The notes under the pieces: generated by a model
Databases searched by the model: none
The model's input: the letters and a program-made list of their open reading frames with translations, nothing else
What the model was told of the DNA's origin: nothing
Part shown: positions 48,183 to 64,000 of the stretch, piece by piece
Position numbering within the stretch: the first letter of the stretch is position 1
Layout: each line of letters begins with the position of its first letter
Made by a program: the position numbers and the translations under genes
Origin: Enterobacteria phage RB18
Direction: 5' to 3' (one strand)
Length of the DNA stretch: 64,000 bases
Sequence record: NC_054906.1

Positions 48183-51100
48183 CAGTAAAAGCACCTTCAG
48201 TCACTAGTCTCAGAATTTCCAAGTTATCCGCAAATCAGGTGCAAGTACGCTGGGATGACGTTGGTGCTAATTTCTACTATTTTGTAGAAATCGCTGAGAC
48301 AAAAACAGACTCGGGGGAAAAACTCCCGAGTAATCAATATCGTTGGATTAATTTAGGATATACTGCAAATAACAGCTTCTTTTTTGATGATGCTGATCCA
48401 TTAACAACATACATTATTAGAGTAGCCACAGCTGCGCAAGATTTTGAGCAGTCTGATTGGATTTATACCGAAGAGTTTGAAACTTTTGCTACAAATGCTT
48501 ATACATTTCAAAACATGATTGAAATGCAATTAGCCAATAAATTCATTCAGGAAAAATTTACTCTTAATAATTCTGATTATGTTAATTTTAATAATGACAC
48601 TATAATGGCTGCATTGATGAATGAATCGTTTCAATTCAGCCCATCATATGTTGATGTTTCATCAATAAGTAATTTTATTATTGGTGAAAATGAGTATCAT
48701 GAAATACAGGGCTCTATTCAGCAGGTATGTAAGGATATTAACCGAGTTTATTTGATGGAATCAGAAGGGATTCTATATCTTTTTGAGCGTTATCAACCTG
48801 TAGTTAAAGTATCTAATGATAAAGGACAAACCTGGAAAGCTGTGAAGCTCTTCAATGACCGTGTAGGATATCCTTTATCTAAGACAGTATATTACCAATC
48901 TGCGAACACAACATACGTTCTAGGATACGACAAGATTTTCTACGGCCGTAAATCAACTGATGTTAGATGGTCAGCTGATGATGTCAGATTTAGTTCTCAG
49001 GATATAACATTTGCTAAACTTGGCGACCAATTACATCTAGGATTTGATGTAGAAATTTTTGCCACTTACGCGACTTTGCCAGCGAATGTATACCGCATTG
49101 CAGAAGCTATTACTTGCACCGATGATTACATTTACGTTGTCGCCAGAGACAAAGTTAGATACATAAAAACGAGTAATGCACCTATAGATTCTGATCCATT
49201 ATCTCCAACATATTCGGAAAGACTTTTTGAACCTGACACAATGACTATAACCGGAAATCCTAAAGCAGTATGCTATAAAATGGATTCTGTTGGTGATAAA
49301 GTTTTTGCTCTTATTATTGGTGAAGTTGAAACATTAAATGCCAATCCGAGAACATCAAAAATAATTGATTCCGCTGATAAAGGAATATATGTTTTAAACC
49401 ATGATACGAAAACGTGGAAAAGAGTTTTTGGTAATACTGAAGAAGAAAGAAGACGTATTCAACCTGGATATGCGAATATGTCAACTGACGGTAAATTAGT
49501 TTCTCTGTCTTCGAGTAATTTTAAATTTTTAAGCGATAACGTTGTTAATGACCCTGAAACTGCAGCAAAATATCAGTTAATTGGTGCTGTCAAATATGAA
49601 TTTCCTCGTGAATGGTTAGCTGATAAGCATTATCATATGATGGCATTTATAGCGGATGAAAAATCTGATTGGGAGACTTTTACTCCTCAACCAATGAAAT
49701 ACTACGCAGAACCGTTCTTTAACTGGTCTAAAAAATCTAACACACGCTGTTGGATAAACAACTCTGATAGAGCTGTAGTAGTTTATGCGGATTTAAAATA
49801 CACCAAAGTTATAGAAAATATTCCGGAAACATCACCAGATAGATTAGTTCATGAATACTGGGATGATGGTGATTGCACTATAGTAATGCCAAATGTCAAA
49901 TTCACTGGATTTAAAAAATACGCATCAGGAATGCTTTTCTATAAAGCCTCTGGTGAAATAATTTCTTACTATGATTTTAACTATCGTGTGAGAGATACAG
50001 TAGAAATTATTTGGAAACCTACTGAAGTATTTTTAAAAGCGTTTTTACAAAACCAAGAGCATGAAACCCCTTGGTCGCCTGAAGAAGAGCGTGGATTAGC
50101 TGACCCTGATTTAAGACCATTAATTGGCACAATGATGCCTGATTCTTATTTGTTACAGGATTCGAATTTTGAGGCATTTTGCGAAGCATATATTCAATAT
50201 CTTTCTGATGGATATGGAACTCAGTATAATAATTTACGAAATTTAATTCGTAACCAATATCCACGAGAAGAGCATGCGTGGGAATATTTGTGGTCAGAGA
50301 TATATAAAAGAAACATTTATTTAAATGCTGATAAACGTGATGCTGTTGCAAGATTTTTTGAATCACGCAGCTATGATTTTTATTCTACTAAAGGAATTGA
50401 AGCATCATACAAATTTCTTTTTAAAGTTCTTTATAATGAAGAAGTTGAAATTGAAATTGAATCGGGAGCAGGTACTGAATATGATGTAATCATTCAATCT
50501 GATTCTCTTACAGAAGATTTAGTAGGACAGACTATCTATACTGCAACCGGAAGATGCAATGTTACTTATATAGAAAGAAGTTATTCTAACGGTAAATTGC
50601 AATGGACCGTGACTATACATAATCTTTTGGGGCGTTTAATAGCAGGACAAGAAGTTAAAGCAGAAAGACTTCCAGGCTTTGAAGGCGAAATTATTCGTGG
50701 GGTTAAAGGAAAGGATTTGCTTCAAAATAATATAGACTATATTAATAGAAGTCGGTCATATTATGTAATGAAAATTAAATCCAATTTACCTTCTTCCCGC
50801 TGGAAATCTGACGTTATTCGTTTTGTTCACCCAGTAGGATTTGGATTTATAGCAATTACACTTTTAACAATGTTTATTAATGTCGGTTTAACTCTTAAAC
50901 ACACAGAGACAATAATTAATAAATATAAAAACTACAAATGGGATTCTGGATTGCCTACTGAATATGCTGATAGAGTAGCTAAATTAACTCCTACCGGTGA
51001 AATTGAACACGATTCAGTAACAGGCGAAGCAATTTATGAACCTGGTCCAATGGCTGGTGTAAAATATCCTCTTTCTGATGACTATAATGCTGAAAATAAT

Positions 51101-51277
51101 AATTCAATGTTTCAAGGTCAATTGCCGTCTGAACGACGTAAATTAATGAGTCCTCTATTTGATGCATCTGGAACAACATTTGCGCAATTTAGAGATTTAG
51201 TTAATAAACGTCTAAAAGACAATATAGGAAATCCAAGAGACCCTGAAAATCCAACACAGGTTAAAATAGATGAATGA
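48179..51277 (+). CDS. 7: Baseplate wedge initiator gp7
   Basis: 1032 aa; length and order as T4. Confidence 0.9.
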   Translation: MTVKAPSVTSLRISKLSANQVQVRWDDVGANFYYFVEIAETKTDSGEKLPSNQYRWINLGYTANNSFFFDDADPLTTYIIRVATAAQDFEQSDWIYTEEFETFATNAYTFQNMIEMQLANKFIQEKFTLNNSDYVNFNNDTIMAALMNESFQFSPSYVDVSSISNFIIGENEYHEIQGSIQQVCKDINRVYLMESEGILYLFERYQPVVKVSNDKGQTWKAVKLFNDRVGYPLSKTVYYQSANTTYVLGYDKIFYGRKSTDVRWSADDVRFSSQDITFAKLGDQLHLGFDVEIFATYATLPANVYRIAEAITCTDDYIYVVARDKVRYIKTSNAPIDSDPLSPTYSERLFEPDTMTITGNPKAVCYKMDSVGDKVFALIIGEVETLNANPRTSKIIDSADKGIYVLNHDTKTWKRVFGNTEEERRRIQPGYANMSTDGKLVSLSSSNFKFLSDNVVNDPETAAKYQLIGAVKYEFPREWLADKHYHMMAFIADEKSDWETFTPQPMKYYAEPFFNWSKKSNTRCWINNSDRAVVVYADLKYTKVIENIPETSPDRLVHEYWDDGDCTIVMPNVKFTGFKKYASGMLFYKASGEIISYYDFNYRVRDTVEIIWKPTEVFLKAFLQNQEHETPWSPEEERGLADPDLRPLIGTMMPDSYLLQDSNFEAFCEAYIQYLSDGYGTQYNNLRNLIRNQYPREEHAWEYLWSEIYKRNIYLNADKRDAVARFFESRSYDFYSTKGIEASYKFLFKVLYNEEVEIEIESGAGTEYDVIIQSDSLTEDLVGQTIYTATGRCNVTYIERSYSNGKLQWTVTIHNLLGRLIAGQEVKAERLPGFEGEIIRGVKGKDLLQNNIDYINRSRSYYVMKIKSNLPSSRWKSDVIRFVHPVGFGFIAITLLTMFINVGLTLKHTETIINKYKNYKWDSGLPTEYADRVAKLTPTGEIEHDSVTGEAIYEPGPMAGVKYPLSDDYNAENNNSMFQGQLPSERRKLMSPLFDASGTTFAQFRDLVNKRLKDNIGNPRDPENPTQVKIDE

Positions 51278-52274
51278 TTCAAGTGTTATCTATCGTGCGA
51301 TAGTTACTTCAAAATTTAGAACAGAAAAAATGTTGAATTTTTATAATTCAATTGGAAGTGGTCCGGATAAAAACACTATCTTTATCACATTTGGAAGATC
51401 AGAACCATGGTCATCAAATGAAAATGAGGCGGGCTTTGCCCCGCCTTATCCCACTGATTCTGTATTAGGTGTAACTGACATGTGGACGCATATGATGGGA
51501 ACAGTAAAGGTTCTTCCATCGATGCTCGATGCAGTTATTCCTCGTCGAGATTGGGGAGATACTAGATATCCGGATCCATACACGTTTAGAATTAATGATA
51601 TTGTAGTGTGTAACTCAGCTCCTTACAACGCTACTGAATCAGGCGCAGGCTGGTTAGTATATCGTTGTTTAGATGTTCCTGATACCGGAATGTGTTCAAT
51701 CGCATCTTTAACTGATAAGGATGAATGCCTTAAGTTAGGTGGAAAATGGACTCCTTCTGCTAGGTCAATGACTCCTCCTGAAGGTCGAGGAGATGCTGAA
51801 GGAACAATTGAACCTGGGGACGGATATGTTTGGGAATATCTATTTGAGATTCCGCCTGATGTATCTATAAATAGATGCACGAATGAATATATCGTGGTTC
51901 CTTGGCCTGAGGAATTAAAAGAAAATCCGACTAGATGGGGATATGAAGATAATCTCACTTGGCAACAAGATGATTTTGGATTAATTTACCGTGTTAAGGC
52001 AAATACTATCCGTTTTAAAGCATATTTAGATTCAGTTTATTTTCCTGAAGCTGCATTGCCGGGAAATAAAGGATTTAGACAAATATCAATAATCACGAAT
52101 CCTCTTGAAGCTAAAGCTCATCCAAATGACCCAAATGTTAAAGCTGAAAAGGATTATTATGATCCGGAAGATTTAATGAGGCATTCGGGCGAAATGATTT
52201 ATATGGAAAATAGGCCACCTATTATTATGGCAATGGATCAGACAGAAGAAATCAATATTCTGTTTACATTTTAA
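51270..52274 (+). CDS. 8: Baseplate wedge protein gp8
   Basis: 334 aa; followed by an intrinsic terminator. Confidence 0.9.
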   Translation: MNDSSVIYRAIVTSKFRTEKMLNFYNSIGSGPDKNTIFITFGRSEPWSSNENEAGFAPPYPTDSVLGVTDMWTHMMGTVKVLPSMLDAVIPRRDWGDTRYPDPYTFRINDIVVCNSAPYNATESGAGWLVYRCLDVPDTGMCSIASLTDKDECLKLGGKWTPSARSMTPPEGRGDAEGTIEPGDGYVWEYLFEIPPDVSINRCTNEYIVVPWPEELKENPTRWGYEDNLTWQQDDFGLIYRVKANTIRFKAYLDSVYFPEAALPGNKGFRQISIITNPLEAKAHPNDPNVKAEKDYYDPEDLMRHSGEMIYMENRPPIIMAMDQTEEINILFTF

Positions 52275-52279
52275 ATTAA

Positions 52280-52304
52280 GGGAGCCCATGGGCTCCCTTT
52301 TTCT
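52280..52304 (+). terminator. Intrinsic terminator after gene 8
   Basis: gggagcc-catg-ggctccc followed by tttttc. Confidence 0.75.
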
Positions 52305-52305
52305 T

Positions 52306-52313
52306 TATAAATA
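52306..52313 (+). promoter_or_regulatory. Late promoter (TATAAATA) for gene 9
   Basis: TATAAATA right after the gp8 terminator. Confidence 0.6.
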
Positions 52314-52337
52314 CTATAAACTCATAAGGAAACCGCT

Positions 52338-53204
52338 ATGTTCATTCAAGAACCAAAGAAATTGATTGATACCGGCGAAATTGGTAACGCTTCTACTGGT
52401 GATATCTTATTCGACGGTGGTAATAAAATTAATAGTGATTTTAACGCAATTTATAATGCGTTTGGCGATCAACGTAAAATGGCAGTAGCAAATGGCACTG
52501 GAGCAGATGGTCAAATTATCCATGCTACTGGATATTATCAAAAACACTCTATTACAGAGTACGCAACTCCAGTGAAAGTTGGCACTAGACATGATATTGA
52601 TACTTCTACCGTAGGCGTAAAAGTTATTATTGAAAGAGGAGAACTTGGTGATTGTGTTGAATTTATTAACTCTAATGGATCAATATCAGTTACTAATCCT
52701 TTAACTATTCAAGCCATTGATTCAATTAAAGGCGTTTCAGGTAATTTAGTAGTAACTAGCCCATATAGTAAAGTTACTTTACGCTGTATTTCATCTGATA
52801 ATTCTACGTCGGTTTGGAATTATTCTATTGAAAGCATGTTTGGACAAAAGGAATCACCAGCTGAAGGTACATGGAATATTTCTACATCTGGATCAGTTGA
52901 TATTCCACTATTTCATCGTACTGAATACAATATGGCTAAATTGCTAGTTACGTGCCAATCGGTAGATGGAAGAAAAATTAAAACAGCAGAAATAAATATT
53001 CTTGTGGATACTGTTAATTCAGAGGTAATTTCTTCTGAATATGCTGTCATGCGGGTTGGGAATGAAACCGAAGAAGACGAAATCGCTAATATTGCATTTA
53101 GTATTAAAGAAAATTATGTAACGGCGACTATAAGTTCTTCAACTGTCGGTATGAGAGCAGCAGTTAAAGTTATCGCTACGCAGAAAATCGGGGTGGCTCA
53201 ATAA
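52338..53204 (+). CDS. 9: Baseplate wedge / long-tail-fibre socket gp9
   Basis: 288 aa; late promoter at 52306-52313. Confidence 0.9.
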   Translation: MFIQEPKKLIDTGEIGNASTGDILFDGGNKINSDFNAIYNAFGDQRKMAVANGTGADGQIIHATGYYQKHSITEYATPVKVGTRHDIDTSTVGVKVIIERGELGDCVEFINSNGSISVTNPLTIQAIDSIKGVSGNLVVTSPYSKVTLRCISSDNSTSVWNYSIESMFGQKESPAEGTWNISTSGSVDIPLFHRTEYNMAKLLVTCQSVDGRKIKTAEINILVDTVNSEVISSEYAVMRVGNETEEDEIANIAFSIKENYVTATISSSTVGMRAAVKVIATQKIGVAQ

Positions 53205-55012
53205 TGAAACAAAATATTAATATCGGTAATGTTGTAGATGATGGTACCGGTGACTACCTGCGTAAAGGTGGTATAAAAATAAATGAAAACTTTGATGAGC
53301 TTTATTATGAACTCGGTGATGGTGATGTTCCATATTCAGCCGGTGCCTGGAAAACTTATAATGCTTCATCAGGACAAACATTAAAAGCTGAATGGGGAAA
53401 ATCATACGCTATTAATACATCTTCTGGAAGAGTGACTATAAATCTTCCAAAGGGTACAGTTAATGATTACAACAAGGTAATTAGAGCTAGAGACGTATTT
53501 GCTACATGGAACGTCAACCCAGTTACACTAGTAGCTGCTTCCGGCGATACGATTAAAGGGTCTGCAGTACCAGTTGAAATTAATGTTCAATTCAGCGATT
53601 TAGAACTAGTGTATTGTGCCCCAGGACGTTGGGAATATGTCAAAAATAAACAAATTGACAAAATTACCAGTTCAGACATTAGTAATGTAGCTCGCAAAGA
53701 ATTTTTAGTTGAAGTTCAAGGACAAACGGACTTTTTAGATGTTTTCCGTGGAACTAGTTATAATGTAAATAACATCAGAGTAAAACATCGCGGTAACGAA
53801 TTGTATTACGGTGATGTGTTTAGCGAAAACAGCGATTTTGGCTCTCCGGGCGAAAATGAAGGAGAACTAGTTCCTCTTGATGGATTTAATATTCGATTAA
53901 GACAGCCTTGTAATATTGGTGACACTGTTCAAATTGAAACATTTATGGATGGTGTATCGCAGTGGAGAAGTTCATATACAAGACGTCAAATTAGATTGTT
54001 AGATTCAAAATTAACGTCAAAAACTTCTTTAGAAGGAAGCATTTACGTTACTGATTTATCAACAATGAAATCAATTCCATTTTCTGCTTTTGGATTAATT
54101 CCAGGAGAACCTATTAATCCTAACTCTCTTGAGGTTCGTTTTAACGGGATTTTGCAGGAATTGGCTGGCACAGTTGGAATGCCATTATTTCATTGTGTTG
54201 GTGCCGATTCAGACGATGAAGTAGAATGCTCTGTTTTAGGTGGAATTTGGGAACAATCTCATACCGATTATTCAGTTGAAACTGATGAAAACGGCATACC
54301 GGAAATTTTACATTTCGATAGAGTATTTGAGCATGGTGACATTATCAATATCACCTGGTTTAATAATGATTTGGGTACATTATTAACAAAAGATGAGATT
54401 ATTGATGAAACTGATAATCTCTATGTATCGCAAGGACCGGGAGTAGATATTTCTGGTGATGTAAATTTAACAGACTTCGATAAAATTGGTTGGCCAAATG
54501 TAGAAGCAGTTCAATCTTATCAACGCGAATTTAATGCTGTTTCAAATATTTTCGATACGATTTATCCTATTGGAACTATATATGAAAACGCTGTTAATCC
54601 AAACAACCCTGTTACATATATGGGATTCGGCTCATGGAAATTATTTGGGCAAGGAAAAGTTTTAGTTGGATGGAATGAAGATATTTCGGACCCTAACTTT
54701 GCTCTAAATAACAACGATTTAGATTCGGGTGGAAATCCTTCACATACTGCAGGTGGAACAGGTGGTTCTACTTCTGTTACATTGGAAAATGCTAATCTTC
54801 CTGCAACTGAAACAGATGAAGAAGTTCTAATAGTTGATGAAAATGGATCAGTCATTGTTGGTGGGTGTCAATACGATCCAGATGAATCCGGTCCAATCTA
54901 CACTAAATACCGTGAAGCTAAAGCATCTACTAACTCTACTCACACTCCGCCAACATCAATAACTAACATTCAACCATATATTACAGTTTATCGTTGGATA
55001 AGGATTGCATAA
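53204..55012 (+). CDS. 10: Baseplate wedge protein gp10
   Basis: 602 aa. Confidence 0.9.
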   Translation: MKQNINIGNVVDDGTGDYLRKGGIKINENFDELYYELGDGDVPYSAGAWKTYNASSGQTLKAEWGKSYAINTSSGRVTINLPKGTVNDYNKVIRARDVFATWNVNPVTLVAASGDTIKGSAVPVEINVQFSDLELVYCAPGRWEYVKNKQIDKITSSDISNVARKEFLVEVQGQTDFLDVFRGTSYNVNNIRVKHRGNELYYGDVFSENSDFGSPGENEGELVPLDGFNIRLRQPCNIGDTVQIETFMDGVSQWRSSYTRRQIRLLDSKLTSKTSLEGSIYVTDLSTMKSIPFSAFGLIPGEPINPNSLEVRFNGILQELAGTVGMPLFHCVGADSDDEVECSVLGGIWEQSHTDYSVETDENGIPEILHFDRVFEHGDIINITWFNNDLGTLLTKDEIIDETDNLYVSQGPGVDISGDVNLTDFDKIGWPNVEAVQSYQREFNAVSNIFDTIYPIGTIYENAVNPNNPVTYMGFGSWKLFGQGKVLVGWNEDISDPNFALNNNDLDSGGNPSHTAGGTGGSTSVTLENANLPATETDEEVLIVDENGSVIVGGCQYDPDESGPIYTKYREAKASTNSTHTPPTSITNIQPYITVYRWIRIA

Positions 55013-55667
55013 TGAGTTTACTTAATAATAAAGCGGGAGTTATTTCCCGCTTAGCCGATTTTCTTGGTTTTAGACCCAAAGCTGGTAATATAGACGTAAT
55101 GAATCGTCAATCAGTTGGGTCAGTGACAATTTCTCAATTAGCGAAAGGATTTTATGAACCAAACGTAGAATCAGCTATTAATGACGTTCATAATTTTTCT
55201 ATAAAAGACGTTGGTACAATTATTACTAATAAAACTGGTGTTTCTCCTGAGGGTGTTTCTCAAACTGATTATTGGGCATTTTCTGGAACTGTAACAGACG
55301 ATTCTCTTCCTCCGGGTTCTCCTGTTACGGTATTAGTATTTGGTCTTCCAGTTTCAGCAACAACTGGAATGACGGCAATTGAGTTTGTTGCAAAAGTTCG
55401 TGTTGCCCTTCAAGAAGCTATTGCGTCATTTACTGCTATCAACTCATATAAAGACCATCCAACAGATGGTAGTAAATTAGAAGTTACTTATTTAGATAAT
55501 CAAAAACATGTATTAAGCACATATTCTACATATGGAATAACTATTTCGCAGGAAATTATTTCTGAGTCTAAACCTGGCTACGGTACATGGAATTTATTAG
55601 GCGCACAAACTGTAACTTTAGATAATCAGCAGACTCCTACAGTATTTTATCATTTTGAGAGAACAGC

Positions 55668-55671
<4 letters not shown>
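55012..55671 (+). CDS. 11: Baseplate wedge / short-tail-fibre attachment gp11
   Basis: 219 aa from the ATG overlapping the gp10 stop (TAATG). Confidence 0.9.
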
Positions 55672-58711
<3,040 letters not shown>

Positions 58712-58714
58712 CAT

Positions 58715-58730
58715 GGGGCCGCAAGGCCCC
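58715..58730 (+). terminator. Hairpin after wac (weak terminator)
   Basis: ggggcc-gcaa-ggcccc; the T-tract is displaced (aaaggatttt). Confidence 0.4.
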
Positions 58731-58742
58731 AAAGGATTTTAA

Positions 58743-60444
<1,702 letters not shown>

Positions 60445-60485
60445 TAAATATTATAAACTAATTAAAGCCCAGATTAGGAGAAATC

Positions 60486-63626
<3,141 letters not shown>

Positions 63627-63655
63627 TATTAAAGCATATTAAAGAGGATTAAAAA

Positions 63656-64000
63656 TGACTTTATTATCTCCGGGCATTGAGCTCAAAGAAACTACGGTTC
63701 AAAGCACCGTGGTTAATAACTCTACTGGTACAGCAGCTTTGGCCGGTAAATTCCAGTGGGGTCCTGCTTTTCAGATTAAACAGGTTACAAATGAAGTAGA
63801 TTTAGTTAATACTTTTGGTCAACCAACCGCTGAAACTGCTGACTATTTTATGTCTGCGATGAATTTCTTGCAGTACGGAAATGATTTACGAGTAGTTCGT
63901 GCTGTTGATAGAGATACCGCTAAAAACTCATCACCAATTGCTGGTAATATTGAATACACAATTTCTACCCCAGGTAGTAACTATGCAGTTGGAGATAAAA
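63656..64000 (+). CDS. 18: Tail sheath protein gp18; partial, continues past the window end
   Basis: Begins MTLLSPGIELKETTVQSTVVNNSTGTAALAGKFQWGPAFQIK; late promoter at 63619-63626. Confidence 0.85.

Overview
This window is a 64-kb slice of a T4-like (T-even) myovirus genome, colinear with phage T4 from gene 46 to the start of gene 18, but it is not T4 itself. Positions 1-43019 are almost entirely minus-strand early and middle genes: recombination nuclease 46/47, alpha-glucosyltransferase, late sigma factor gp55, the anaerobic ribonucleotide reductase cluster nrdH/nrdG/nrdD, endonuclease VII, nrdC, a long hyperplastic stretch of small and paralogous ORFs, rI, tk, regB, lysozyme e, nudE, a 10-tRNA array interrupted by the GIY-YIG homing endonuclease SegB, 57B/57A, and genes 1, 3, 2 and 4. 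Positions 43067-64000 are plus-strand late baseplate, tail-fibre, neck and terminase genes (53, 5, 5.1, 5.4, 6-12, wac, 13-17 and the start of 18). Differences from T4 that I can see or recall: nrdD is one uninterrupted ORF (no intron), the tRNA set includes His, Asn and Tyr, lysozyme differs at a few residues, and denV and mobD appear to be absent. I found no single clearly novel multi-gene system. The strongest candidates for follow-up are a chimeric GrcA-like glycyl-radical gene with a host-like GC-rich 3' half, a TARG1/DarG-like macrodomain protein, a late-promoter gene for a putative capsid-targeted protein flanked by a duplicated terminator, a membrane protein + nucleotidyltransferase + ATPase trio, and several tandem paralogue families. 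All calls are from reading the sequence and from memory of T4 biology; no database search was run. The ORF track uses alternative start codons and a 60-aa minimum, so several starts are uncertain and small genes are under-called.
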